In this document: positions 9,396 through 19,479 of the stretch, in pieces
Layout: each line of letters begins with the position of its first letter
Position numbering within the stretch: the stretch's first letter is position 1
NCBI GenBank assembly: GCA_037446695.1
Contig: JBBIHY010000001.1
Location: forward strand, 213,235 to 277,234
From: Bacteroidota bacterium
GTDB lineage: Bacteria > Bacteroidota > Bacteroidia > Bacteroidales > PUMT01
Direction: 5' to 3'
Length of the DNA stretch: 64,000 nt
Program-made: the position numbers and the translations under genes
The notes under the pieces: model-generated
What the model was told of the DNA's origin: nothing
Databases searched by the model: none
What the model saw: the letters and a program-made list of their open reading frames with translations, nothing else

Positions 9396-10583
9396 ATGAA
9401 TATTGTGCTTTTTGACGACCGGCATTACGAAAACCTTTTACCACTGGCATTTACAAGACCAGTAGCTGAAATCAGGGTAGGCATACTTACCATTACCAAA
9501 AAGTGGGAAAAATGGTTCGGGCAAAAATGTTCGTGGCTGACCAGGGGCAACTTGCAAGCAAAATTTCCTGCAAATCAAACAGATGATAATCTTTTTATAA
9601 ACGGTGGGCTTTTGCCTGACAGGGAGCTGGTAGAAATAATCGGAAACCTGGAATTGAATGAGATACTTTTAAAAGATGGGCACATCCTGGCGGCCCGGCT
9701 TGGTATGCTTAAGATGGAATCCCTAATGGCTGGCCTTCAGGAGAATATTAAAACCCTGGAGTTTGAGGGTTTTATAAGTAGAATTATTTATCCCTGGGAT
9801 ATTTTTACCCTGAACGGGATGGAATTGGAAAAGGATTTTCAATTACTGACCCAAGGCAGAAAATCGGCTCCTCTCTGCAGCACTGTGGGAGTAACGGGAA
9901 AGGAAAAGGTCTTTCTCGAGGAAGGTGCAAAAATTGAATTTGCCACTCTGAATGCCACAAGTGGGCCGGTTTATATTGGTAAAAATGCCGAAATCATGGA
10001 GGGTTCGCACATCAGAGGGCCTTTTGCCCTGCTGGAAGATTCACAAGTGAAGATGGGTGCAAAGATATACGGACCAACCACTATTGGCCCGCGGTGTAAA
10101 ATTGGTGGTGAATTGAACAATGTGGTTGTTTTTGGGTTTTCCAATAAGTCGCACGATGGCTTCATTGGAAATTCTGTGATTGGTGAATGGTGCAACATTG
10201 GTGCTGACACGAACAGTTCCAACCTGAAAAACAACTACGCCGATGTAAAGGTATGGAGTTACCCGCATGGAAAATTTATTTCCACCGGCCTGCAGTTTTG
10301 TGGTCTGATTATGGGCGATCATTCAAAATGCGGAATTAATACCATGTTTAATACAGGCACGGTTGTTGGTGTGAACTGCAATATTTTTGGTGACGGTTTT
10401 CCGCGCACATTTATTCCTGACTTCTCATGGGGAGGGCCTCAGGGTTTTACGGTTTTTGAAACCGAAAAGGCCTTCGAAGTGGCAGGTAAAGTAATGGAGA
10501 GGAGAGGCATTCAACTTACTGAGGATGATAAGAATATTCTGAGGGAAATCTTTCAACTTACTGACAGCTTCAGGAAATTCTGA
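9396..10583 (+). CDS. GlmU-family putative sugar nucleotidyltransferase with left-handed beta-helix
   Basis: Starts MNIVLFDDRHYENLLPLAFTRPVAEIRVG at ATG 9396. Hexapeptide-repeat region: IGKNAEIMEGSHI, IGPRCKIGGEL, IGNSVIGEWCNIG. The track's extra 26 N-terminal codons look spurious. Confidence 0.65.
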   Translation: MNIVLFDDRHYENLLPLAFTRPVAEIRVGILTITKKWEKWFGQKCSWLTRGNLQAKFPANQTDDNLFINGGLLPDRELVEIIGNLELNEILLKDGHILAARLGMLKMESLMAGLQENIKTLEFEGFISRIIYPWDIFTLNGMELEKDFQLLTQGRKSAPLCSTVGVTGKEKVFLEEGAKIEFATLNATSGPVYIGKNAEIMEGSHIRGPFALLEDSQVKMGAKIYGPTTIGPRCKIGGELNNVVVFGFSNKSHDGFIGNSVIGEWCNIGADTNSSNLKNNYADVKVWSYPHGKFISTGLQFCGLIMGDHSKCGINTMFNTGTVVGVNCNIFGDGFPRTFIPDFSWGGPQGFTVFETEKAFEVAGKVMERRGIQLTEDDKNILREIFQLTDSFRKF

Positions 10584-10708
10584 AGAGGATAGGAAATGTA
10601 AGAGAGAAATGCTAAAAACCGGCCTTGTTGACTGTGGCATGACTATTGACTATAGGAACATCGCACTGTTTTTTCACAGTGTACTGACATTATTACCTGT
10701 TTTTGAAT

Positions 10709-13174
10709 ATGAGTGAAAGAAAAAATATAGCTGATTTGATGGGCGAAGTATTTTACCTGGACCAGTCTGAGGAAAACAGAGATTTTATTTCCATGATTTC
10801 CGACGAGGATGAAGCGGTTTTGAAAAGCACTGTGGTACCTGAGTCTTTGGCTATTTTACCCTTGCGCAATACAGTTTTGTTTCCGGGTGTGATTATTCCG
10901 ATTACTGTGGGAAGAGATAAGTCCATCAGGTTAGTCAGGGAATCCTACAAAGGTTCAAAAATCATTGGTGCGGTTGCACAAAGAGATCCCGGGGTGGAAC
11001 ACCCCCAAATGAAGGACCTGTATGAGATTGGCACCATTGCACAAATTATCAAAATCCTTGAGATGCCCGATGGTACAACTTCAGTAATCATTCAGGGAAA
11101 AAAACGGTTCCAGACGAAGGAACTGTTATCCGAAGAGCCTTACCTGAGAGTTGCGGCCGTACCACTTGAAGAGGAACTGCCAAAGACCGGTGACACAACA
11201 TACGAAGCGCTGGTTGGTTCACTCAAGGATGTTTCTTTGCGCATTATCAGGCTTTCGTCCAATATACCGCCGGAGGCCTCCTTTGCCGTGAAGAATATTG
11301 AAAGTTCCACATTCCTGATCAATTTTATCTGTTCCAATTCTGATGCTGACCTCAAGGATAAGCAGAAGCTGCTTGAAATAAGTAAACTGAAAAAACGAGC
11401 CACTGTATTACTCGAGTTCCTCACCCGCGAACTTCAGATGCTTGAACTGAAAGTGGATATTCAGTCCAAGGTGAAAACAGAACTGGACCAGCAGCAACGG
11501 GAGTTTCTTTTGCATCAGCAGATGAAGACCATTCAGAATGAACTGGGCGGCAATCCACTTGATAAGGAAGTGGAAGACCTGAAGAAGAAAGCCGCTAAAA
11601 AGAAATGGTCAAAGGAAGTGAAAAAGGTATTTGATCAGGAACTGGCAAAGTTTCAGCGCATGAATCCTGCTTCAGCCGAATATTCTGTGCAGCTCAATTA
11701 TATTCACCTGATGATAGACCTGCCCTGGAATGAGTTTACGAAAGATGATTTTGACCTGAAACGCGCTGAGAAAATTCTGGGCAAGGATCATTTTGGTATG
11801 GAGGATGTGAAAAACAGGATACTGGAGCATCTGGCTGTTCTCAAGCTGAAGGGGGATTTGAAGTCTCCCATACTCTGTCTTTACGGCCCCCCGGGGGTAG
11901 GAAAAACTTCTCTTGGGAAGTCCATAGCAACCGCCCTTACGAGAAAATATGTCAGAATGTCACTGGGTGGCTTGCATGATGAATCAGAAATTCGTGGCCA
12001 CCGCAGAACCTATATCGGCGCCATGCCCGGTCGGATAATACAGAATCTGAAGAAGGTGAAATCATCCAACCCGGTTTTCGTGCTGGATGAGATTGATAAA
12101 GTGGGCAGGGATATTCACGGTGACCCGGCATCTGCCCTTCTTGAGGTACTCGACCCTGAGCAGAACAACAGCTTCCACGATAATTACCTCGACATCGACT
12201 ACGATTTATCGAAGGTGATGTTTATTGCAACTGCTAACACGCTGAACACAATACATCCTGCACTGCGCGACAGGATGGAAACCATTCATGTAAGCGGTTA
12301 TATTGTGGAGGAGAAAATTGAAATTGCCAGGCGACACCTTGTGCCGAAGCAAATGGAGAACCATGGATTAAATAAAAGCCAGGCTTTGTTCTCACCGGCA
12401 ATACTTGAATACATGATTGAATCCTATACGCGCGAAAGTGGCGTTAGGGAGTTGGACAAGAAAATTGCGCGTGTTGCACGCCATATTGCCCGCAAGGTGG
12501 CCTTCGGAGAAGCATTTAACCCCAGGCTTACCAAAAAAGAAATCAGGGATATACTCGGACCAGAAGAATTCAGCAAGGATCTTTACCAGGGGAACGAGTT
12601 TGCCGGAGTTGTAACAGGCCTTGCCTGGACTGCAGCAGGGGGTGAGATTTTGTTTGTGGAAACCAGTTTAAGCAGGGGGGAAGGTAAACTTACCATTACC
12701 GGTAACCTGGGTGATGTGATGAAGGAATCGGCTTTGCTGGCGCTGGAATACCTGAAGTCGCATTCATCAGCCCTGGATTTAAATCCTGAAGTATTTTCAA
12801 AGTGGAATGTGCATCTGCATGTACCTGAAGGAGCAATCCCCAAGGATGGCCCTTCTGCTGGGATTACCATGGTCACTTCCATGGCTTCGGCATTTACACA
12901 GCGAAAGGTGAAAAAAGGGATTGCCATGACAGGCGAAATTACACTGCGGGGCAAGGTTCTGCCGGTTGGAGGAATAAAGGAAAAAATCGTTGCTGCCAGG
13001 CGGGCTAACCTGAAAGAAATCATCCTGTCCGAAGAAAACAGAAAAAATGTGGAAGAAATCAATGAAGCTTATCTGAAGGGGCTCAAATTTCATTATGTGA
13101 AAACTATACTGGAGGTTTTGCAACTGAGCCTTACGGAAGAGAAAGTAAGAAATCCGTTGGAAATCCAGGCATAG
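10709..13174 (+). CDS. lon: ATP-dependent Lon protease (endopeptidase La)
   Basis: About 821 aa. It has Walker [10 protein letters not shown], a LON N-domain, and the protease catalytic site [11 protein letters not shown]. Confidence 0.95.
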   Translation: MSERKNIADLMGEVFYLDQSEENRDFISMISDEDEAVLKSTVVPESLAILPLRNTVLFPGVIIPITVGRDKSIRLVRESYKGSKIIGAVAQRDPGVEHPQMKDLYEIGTIAQIIKILEMPDGTTSVIIQGKKRFQTKELLSEEPYLRVAAVPLEEELPKTGDTTYEALVGSLKDVSLRIIRLSSNIPPEASFAVKNIESSTFLINFICSNSDADLKDKQKLLEISKLKKRATVLLEFLTRELQMLELKVDIQSKVKTELDQQQREFLLHQQMKTIQNELGGNPLDKEVEDLKKKAAKKKWSKEVKKVFDQELAKFQRMNPASAEYSVQLNYIHLMIDLPWNEFTKDDFDLKRAEKILGKDHFGMEDVKNRILEHLAVLKLKGDLKSPILCLYGPPGVGKTSLGKSIATALTRKYVRMSLGGLHDESEIRGHRRTYIGAMPGRIIQNLKKVKSSNPVFVLDEIDKVGRDIHGDPASALLEVLDPEQNNSFHDNYLDIDYDLSKVMFIATANTLNTIHPALRDRMETIHVSGYIVEEKIEIARRHLVPKQMENHGLNKSQALFSPAILEYMIESYTRESGVRELDKKIARVARHIARKVAFGEAFNPRLTKKEIRDILGPEEFSKDLYQGNEFAGVVTGLAWTAAGGEILFVETSLSRGEGKLTITGNLGDVMKESALLALEYLKSHSSALDLNPEVFSKWNVHLHVPEGAIPKDGPSAGITMVTSMASAFTQRKVKKGIAMTGEITLRGKVLPVGGIKEKIVAARRANLKEIILSEENRKNVEEINEAYLKGLKFHYVKTILEVLQLSLTEEKVRNPLEIQA

Positions 13175-13254
13175 CCTTTGGAAAAATTCATCGTCCGGCC
13201 TGATGATTTTGCAGCCACAAAATTTACAATATTTCGCCGCAGGTTTCACTGACA

Positions 13255-14012
13255 CTAAGGGTAATGATTGCAAAAAGCATGAGATGGACGTTCCTGTGCA
13301 ACAGGTCTTGAAAATTCAAAGGAAATCATTCCAAGTGGAATGGCAATGATGCTGTAACTCAGCATCATGATTGCCGTTGCAACAAACTTTCCCAGGCTGG
13401 TTGCGGGAACTATATCCCCATATCCTACTGTTGTGAGGGTAATTATTCCTCGGTAAATACTTGTGGGAATATAGTCAAATCCGTTTGCACCTCCTTCAAT
13501 CAAAAACACGATTGAGCCCAGCATGGTAACAATGATAAGGCACATAAACACCAGAATCTTCCTTAAACTTCGCTGAAGTGCAAGCATCATCATTTTTACT
13601 TCGTAAATGTATTTCACCATTTCAGAATACGGTAAATTCTTAACAGTCTTATTGTCCTGATCGTTAACAGGATGCCAGTACCGGGTATCATGAATGTTAT
13701 AGAATGGGGGAGAACTGCCAGAAAGTCCATAATACCAAAGAAACTGAAAATATATTTCCATGGTTTAGGGCAACACCAGATTCGGATATTCCAGGAGGAA
13801 CAAGGCGGTTATAATTACTTCGACGGAGAATAAAAGATTGCAGTATTTTGCTATGATTGAAGGCACGCTTTCAGGCATGACAAGCCCTACACTGAAAAGT
13901 ATCAAAATAAGAAGGGCTTCATCAAAGATCTTTCCCCGGAATGTATCTGCTTAAAAAATAATCAGATAAATCTTCTCTTTTTAATAAAGTGGCTTTTTTT
14001 TTGAGTATTCAT
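13255..14012 (-). pseudogene. voltage-gated K+ channel (6TM Kv-like) broken by four frameshifts
   Basis: The pore TLTTVGYGD is in track ORF 13255-13761. S3-S4 (FFGIMDFLAVLP, LLTIRTIRLLRIYRILK) and S1-S2 (ALLILILFSVGLV, LLFSVEVIITALFLLEY) lie in two other frames upstream. ATG 14012 is followed by an A9 run. Confidence 0.8.
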
Positions 14013-14184
14013 GCCTTTGAATTTTAATCACATTTAGAAAATGCTTTAAATATTTAAGCTGAATTTTGAAAAAATGTCGCACATGAATTGTTTTCCAAAG
14101 TATATGATTACTTTGATAAGTGCTGGTTTTTTTATACTTTGGCATGACTTTTCAGGTTCATATTCTTCGTAAAACTAATAATGT

Positions 14185-14724
14185 ATGAAAATGGATGCCG
14201 GATTTTTTTGGGGTTTATTCCTTGTAGTTGTTGGAATCACCCTGTTGTTAAGGTATGTTTTGAACATTGATTTCCCTTTGTTTAAGATTCTGGTCGGATT
14301 GTTTTTTATCCTGCTGGGACTCAAAATCGTTTTTGGTAAGTCCTTGTTTAACATTCACAGCACCAAAGAAAACGAGGTGATATTCAGTGAGCAGGTCATA
14401 CAACTTACTTCTTTTGAGAAAAGAGAATACAATGTGGTTTTTGGGAAGTCTGAAATTGACATGACAGATGTTACAGTTGATAAACTGCCGGCCAGGCTGA
14501 AGGTAAGTACCGTTTTTGGTTCAACGGTAATTTATATTCCGGAGGATTTACCTGTTGAAATATACACCGATGCGGTTTTCAGCAATGCAAAACTGCCGGG
14601 GGGAAATTCATCCGTTTTTGGAAGGACCTCCTATAAGTCACCGGGGCTGGAAGTCGGCTCTCCCAGCCTTGAATTGAAACTTGATGTGGTGTTTGGTTCG
14701 GTAACCGTGATGAAACACCCATGA
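14185..14724 (+). CDS. LiaF-like membrane protein (two N-terminal TM segments plus a beta-rich C-terminal domain)
   Basis: 179 aa with repeated VVFG/TVFG strands in the C-terminal half. The last five codons and the stop lie inside the repeat element. Confidence 0.45.
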   Translation: MKMDAGFFWGLFLVVVGITLLLRYVLNIDFPLFKILVGLFFILLGLKIVFGKSLFNIHSTKENEVIFSEQVIQLTSFEKREYNVVFGKSEIDMTDVTVDKLPARLKVSTVFGSTVIYIPEDLPVEIYTDAVFSNAKLPGGNSSVFGRTSYKSPGLEVGSPSLELKLDVVFGSVTVMKHP

Positions 14725-14940
14725 TAGTAACCAAATACAAACACGGATGAACAAACTATGGGTGTTGCATCCGTTTGTTAAAGAGCATTAAACGATAAGG
14801 TGTAACATGTTTGTAATTAATAATATAATTTTTTTATACGGATGAAACACCCATGTTTAGAAAACACAAACACAATGATAACAAAATCAGCAACATGGGT
14901 GTTCCATCATTCCTTGTAAAAATAATTTTGTTATGATGAA
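14709..14940 (+). repeat. intergenic hairpin repeat family, locus A (copy A1 14709-14766, copy A2 14815-14940)
   Basis: A1 matches locus B at 55 of 58 nt. A2 has 17-nt inverted arms gatgaaacacccatgtt / aacatgggtgttccatc with 1 mismatch. Confidence 0.75.
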
Positions 14941-15020
14941 AAAATAAGCTACGGAAACAGGCCTTCTTTTTTCTGTTTTTCAATCTTTTGTTCCAAGTTC
15001 GTTAAATTAATTCCCATGGT

Positions 15021-15485
15021 ATGGAAAAAATTGCTGTATTTCCCGGGTCATTTGATCCCATAACAGTTGGGCACGAATCTGTTGTCCGCAGGGCTCTGTC
15101 TTTGTTTGACCGGATTATCATTGCTATTGGGCGGAACACTGAGAAGAAAAGCTATTTTACTCTGGAACAGAGGATAGAGTGGATAAAAAAGGTTTTTGCC
15201 GATGAGCCCAGGGTTAGCGTCGAGTCATACAGTGGTTTGACGGTGGATTTTTGCCGGAAATCAAATGCCAGGTACATTCTAAGAGGACTGAGAACTGCTG
15301 CTGACTTTGAGTTTGAGCGTGCCATTGCCCAGGTAAATAAGGCCATGTTGTACGAATTAGAGTCAGTATTTTTGCTTACACTCCCCGAGCATACTCCAAT
15401 AAATTCCACAATTGTGAGGGAGATTTTAAAACATGGCGGGGATGTGAGCCGTTTTGTACCCAAAGTACTGGAATTGCCCAAATAA
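15021..15485 (+). CDS. coaD: phosphopantetheine adenylyltransferase
   Basis: 154 aa with FPGSFDPITVGH and the ISSTIVRE-like motif INSTIVREI. Confidence 0.93.
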   Translation: MEKIAVFPGSFDPITVGHESVVRRALSLFDRIIIAIGRNTEKKSYFTLEQRIEWIKKVFADEPRVSVESYSGLTVDFCRKSNARYILRGLRTAADFEFERAIAQVNKAMLYELESVFLLTLPEHTPINSTIVREILKHGGDVSRFVPKVLELPK

Positions 15486-15498
15486 TCCTGAATCATTT

Positions 15499-16917
15499 AT
15501 GAAAAGGTATCTATTTCTGGCTTTTTTATGGCCGGTATTGTTCTATTCGCATGATCTTCTGTCGCAATCGGTGGTTTTAAAGGGATTTGCCCCCGAATAT
15601 GCAGGAGTTGAAATAGTATTTAATCGTTTTACTGATTATATAAGCTATACTGAATTTGAAGCCGGAAGAACAACCGTTGGCAAAGAGGGCCATTTTGAGA
15701 TTTCTATTGATGTTACTGAAATAACCTATGTATACTCTGTAATTGGAGTTTACAGGGCTTATATTTTTATACAGCCGGGCAAAACACATGAAATAATTCT
15801 GCCTGAAAGAAGAGACAAAACTACAGTGGAGAAAATAAATCCCTTCTTTGAAGAATTTTTTGTTCACCTGGCAGTGAATAATGAAGATGATACCGGGTTA
15901 AACAGGCAGATTGCCAGGTTTGATTTCGAGTATGAAGATTTATTTTCACAGGTTCTGCAAGGCACTGCTGATATATCGGTTAGCGGAACACTTGATTCCC
16001 TGATTAACGATCTGGAAGCGGGATTCGGAAAAGAGGCAGGAAATGATTTTTTTAATGCATACCGTACTTACCGTTACGGATTCCTCAGGCATATTGCCAT
16101 GCAGCAGCGTTCCAGGAGAATATCTGACAGCCTTTTTCTCAATAAACCGGTTTTGTACAACAACCCTGCCTACATGGAACTTTTTAACCAGATATACAGC
16201 AAGTACTTTCTGTTTTTTGGCAGAACCAGGGAAGGCCGGCAGATTTATGACGACATTGGAAAATACCAGAGTCTTTCCAGGCTGAAAAAGACCCTCTCCT
16301 CAGATGATGTGCTCAAAGATGAGACCTTGCTGGAGTTTGTTATATTAAAAGGATTGCACGACGGGTTTTATTCGACTGATTTTTCTCGTAAAAGCCTGGC
16401 GGGTATCCTTGACTCTTTAAGTATTCATACCAAAAATCCAAGACATAAAGAAATCGCGGACCTGATTCGTACCAAGGTAACCAGGCTGATGGTGGGTTTT
16501 GAGCCTCCTGCTTTCAGCCTGAAGAATAAGGACGGAAACTCACGGAGCTTAAAAGACTTTCAGGGCAGGTATGTTTACCTGAATTTTTGCACGCCTGCAA
16601 GTTACAGTTGCCTGAGTGAATTCGAAAGCCTGAAAATGATTGCTAACAAACACCGGAACTATCTCGAAGTGGTCACAATTTTGCTGGATGACAGCCTGGA
16701 ATCCATGCAGGAGTTTCTTAAAATCAGGCCGTATAATTGGACCTTCCTGTATTACGGTGATCAGCCGCGAATAGCCAAAGATTATGATGTGCGCACTTTC
16801 CCAACCTATTATCTGATTGACAGGCAGGGGAAATTGATTTTATCTCCGGCACCAAGTCCTTCCGAGAATTTGGAAAATGCCCTGTTTCGAATCATGCGGG
16901 CCAACCGGGAGTTGTAG
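15499..16917 (+). CDS. secreted protein with a C-terminal thioredoxin-like (TlpA/redoxin) domain lacking a canonical CxxC
   Basis: Signal peptide MKRYLFLAFLWPVLFYS. The C-terminus has FSLKNKDGNSRSLKDFQGRYVYLNFCTPASYSC and TFPTYYLIDRQGKL. Confidence 0.5.
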   Translation: MKRYLFLAFLWPVLFYSHDLLSQSVVLKGFAPEYAGVEIVFNRFTDYISYTEFEAGRTTVGKEGHFEISIDVTEITYVYSVIGVYRAYIFIQPGKTHEIILPERRDKTTVEKINPFFEEFFVHLAVNNEDDTGLNRQIARFDFEYEDLFSQVLQGTADISVSGTLDSLINDLEAGFGKEAGNDFFNAYRTYRYGFLRHIAMQQRSRRISDSLFLNKPVLYNNPAYMELFNQIYSKYFLFFGRTREGRQIYDDIGKYQSLSRLKKTLSSDDVLKDETLLEFVILKGLHDGFYSTDFSRKSLAGILDSLSIHTKNPRHKEIADLIRTKVTRLMVGFEPPAFSLKNKDGNSRSLKDFQGRYVYLNFCTPASYSCLSEFESLKMIANKHRNYLEVVTILLDDSLESMQEFLKIRPYNWTFLYYGDQPRIAKDYDVRTFPTYYLIDRQGKLILSPAPSPSENLENALFRIMRANREL

Positions 16918-17536
16918 TCAGGCCTGCGGCGGCAAACACATCCAGTAAGGAAGCCCATGTGTTGCTGTAGACTGTTTCCAGTTTGCCGGGTTTCATCCAT
17001 ACAGCCTCAGTAATTCCTTCTTTCGTTTGCGGAACAGGGATTTCTGCCCCTTCATAGAGGAATTCAAACCATTCGATTTTTTTGAGAAAATTTGTATCTT
17101 TCTCGTTATAAGTATGGTATGTGTTGGTGAGTTTGCGTAACAATTTCTGTCCATTTATGCCACATTCTTCGGTAATTTCCCTCAACGCCGCAGCCCCGGG
17201 CTTTTCTCCGCGGTTCATTTTGCCCTTGGGCAAATCCCATTTGCCAAAACGATAAATCAATAAAACTTCTCCCTCTTTATTCCTGACTAATCCACCAGCT
17301 GCTTCAATTGTTTTGAATAATCCCGAAAGGTCCCCCAGAATTTTATCCGGGTTTTCCCCTACAATTATTAATGATTTTTCTTTCTCCAAAGCAGAGAATT
17401 CATGAATTTCCCTGGTGAGCAAATCCTTGCCGGTATAACGGACCAATCTGCCTGTTTTTAACAGTTCAGATTGGTTTGTTTCTTCTGTCAGAATTATGAG
17501 TCTGTCGTTAAAAAAAACTTTATACATTTGCGCCAT
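16892..17536 (-). CDS. NUDIX hydrolase
   Basis: Nudix box GKMNRGEKPGAAALREITEECGI. 214 aa, or 211 aa if the start is at 17527. Confidence 0.8.
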   Translation of the reverse strand: MAQMYKVFFNDRLIILTEETNQSELLKTGRLVRYTGKDLLTREIHEFSALEKEKSLIIVGENPDKILGDLSGLFKTIEAAGGLVRNKEGEVLLIYRFGKWDLPKGKMNRGEKPGAAALREITEECGINGQKLLRKLTNTYHTYNEKDTNFLKKIEWFEFLYEGAEIPVPQTKEGITEAVWMKPGKLETVYSNTWASLLDVFAAAGLTTTPGWPA

Positions 17537-18179
17537 GATTAAAACCGAAAAGGAAATTGCTGCTCATCTTCTGCAAATTAAAGCAATAAAACTGGATACT
17601 TCAAACACTTTTACCTGGGCAAGTGGATGGAAATCTCCCATTTATTGTGATAACCGCAAGGTTCTTTCTTTTCCTGCCCTCAGGGCGCTGATTGTTGATT
17701 CCTTTGTCGACCTTGCAGGTAAGCATTATACCGAAACCGAAGTGATTGCCGGTGTAGCCACCGGGGCGATTGCTTTTGGTGCACTGGTTGCCGAAAAGAT
17801 GAGGCTGCCCTTTGTTTATGTGCGTACAGCGCCCAAAGGACATGGTCTTGGAAACCAGGTGGAAGGGGAATTGAGAAAGGGACAAAAAACGCTGGTCATA
17901 GAAGATTTGGTTTCTACTGGACAGAGCAGCCTGAATGCAGTGGAAACCCTTCGAAATGCCGGTGCCAAAGTAACAGGGATGCTGGCTGTTTTTACCTATG
18001 GATTTGAAGTTGCCGAAAGGAATTTTCAAAACGCAGGTTGCAGACTAATAACCCTCAGCAATTATTTTTCACTGATTGAAATGGCAGCTGATACTGGTTA
18101 CATAAGAGAAGATGAACTGAAAACACTCAGGGAATGGAGGGACAATCCTTCCGCCTGGAAACAGCAGGGGAGTCTATGA
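17535..18179 (+). CDS. pyrE: orotate phosphoribosyltransferase
   Basis: Starts MIKTEKEIAAHLL. It has SGWKSPIYCDNR and the PRPP-binding loop LVIEDLVSTGQS. Confidence 0.9.
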   Translation: MIKTEKEIAAHLLQIKAIKLDTSNTFTWASGWKSPIYCDNRKVLSFPALRALIVDSFVDLAGKHYTETEVIAGVATGAIAFGALVAEKMRLPFVYVRTAPKGHGLGNQVEGELRKGQKTLVIEDLVSTGQSSLNAVETLRNAGAKVTGMLAVFTYGFEVAERNFQNAGCRLITLSNYFSLIEMAADTGYIREDELKTLREWRDNPSAWKQQGSL

Positions 18180-18592
18180 TTAAAGCAGAAAGTTCAGTAA
18201 AGGAATTAAACGGGGAGATAAAAGAGGTGTTTACCTTTCTTTCTGACCTCAGGAACCTTGATCCTCATATACCCCGTGACAAAGTCAGGAATTTTCAGGC
18301 CGGTGAGAACTCCTGCACCTTCCAGTTGGATATGATAGGAGATGCCTCTATTCAGATTACAGATAAAGAACCATTCAAAACCATCAAATTTTCGGGAAAC
18401 GAAAACAAATCATTTCCCTTTACAATGTGGGTACAATTAAGAGAATCATCTGCTGGAAAAACCTACATGAAACTTACACTTCATGCCGAGGTGAACACGA
18501 TGATGAAAATGATTGTGGAACCAATCCTGAAGAATGGTGTGGAACTAATTGCAGAGAGGATTACGGGTTTCTTTAACTCTCAGAAGGAATAG
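18176..18592 (+). CDS. small SRPBCC/START-like protein (hypothetical)
   Basis: 138 aa. Its ATG overlaps the pyrE stop (ATGA). The fold assignment is by general resemblance only. Confidence 0.35.
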   Translation: MIKAESSVKELNGEIKEVFTFLSDLRNLDPHIPRDKVRNFQAGENSCTFQLDMIGDASIQITDKEPFKTIKFSGNENKSFPFTMWVQLRESSAGKTYMKLTLHAEVNTMMKMIVEPILKNGVELIAERITGFFNSQKE

Positions 18593-19331
18593 ATTTTCCC
18601 GCATAACTTACCTCGTTAAAATCAAACATCAGCACTTCTTCGGGTCCGGTTTCAATCAGAAGTCTTCCTATCTTGTCAATACCGGTTATCATGCCCCTGA
18701 ACTTCCTGCCTTTCGTAATGAATTCATGCGGCTCGTTTATCCTGTAGAGGTACGCAAGGTACTCCCTGTCAATTGCCTGGTGCTCCCCTTTTTTAAGTTG
18801 TCCGTAGCGTGCATTAATAAAGCCTGACAAAAGATCCATGGCTTCTTCCAGATTAACCTCATAACCTGTGATGTGTAACAGCGAAACGGGGTTGGGCGCA
18901 TCGCTGATAAATTCCTTCTGATTGATATTCAGTCCTATTCCGGCAATACAATATTCAATGCGGTTGTTGAGAATACTGTTTTCGATGAGAATCCCTGCTA
19001 TTTTTTTGTCATTTACATAAATATCATTGGGCCATTTAACCCGCACTCCCTGCGTGTAAAGCCCCAGAAAATCTCTTAATGCAAGGCTGATCGCTTTCGA
19101 AATAACAAACTGTGAGGAAATTTCAAGAAAAGTTGGCTGGAAAATGATACTGAAGGTGAGATTTTTTCCCTTCGCACTTTCCCAAGAATTTGTGCCGTGT
19201 CCCTTTCCTTTTGTCTGCTCAAGCGCCCATAGAATGGTTCCTTCCTTCAGCTTCCTTTCCTGTATTAGCTGTAGTGCAGTTTCGTTCGTCGATTCAAGAG
19301 AATCAAACCTGAGAATTTCATTCTGAAGCAT
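18573..19331 (-). CDS. birA: biotin--[acetyl-CoA-carboxylase] ligase
   Basis: 252 aa with the KGKGHGTNSWES biotin-binding loop and VKWPNDIY. Confidence 0.85.
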   Translation of the reverse strand: MLQNEILRFDSLESTNETALQLIQERKLKEGTILWALEQTKGKGHGTNSWESAKGKNLTFSIIFQPTFLEISSQFVISKAISLALRDFLGLYTQGVRVKWPNDIYVNDKKIAGILIENSILNNRIEYCIAGIGLNINQKEFISDAPNPVSLLHITGYEVNLEEAMDLLSGFINARYGQLKKGEHQAIDREYLAYLYRINEPHEFITKGRKFRGMITGIDKIGRLLIETGPEEVLMFDFNEVSYAGKSIPSES

Positions 19332-19455
19332 AGTTTAAAATTTTTGCAAAGATAAGGGTAAAAATGACTCACTTTTTAAACAAATTGATCGTTATTATGG
19401 TTTTAATAGCGATGACTCTTAAATTATGGAGAATCGGTAAAAACCAAAAAAACAT

Positions 19456-19475
19456 TAACTTTGCGGATAAATTTG
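19456..19475 (+). promoter_or_regulatory. two candidate TAnnTTTG -7 boxes upstream of rsfS
   Basis: TAACTTTG (19456-19463) and TAAATTTG (19468-19475), just before ATG 19480. Confidence 0.3.
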
Positions 19476-19479
19476 GTGC

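Noticed and set aside
10636-10651. Sigma-54-like promoter TGGCAT-N5-TTGA upstream of lon
   Set aside because: The -12 element lacks the essential GC (TTGA instead of TTGC). It is a single weak hit and was not reported as a feature.
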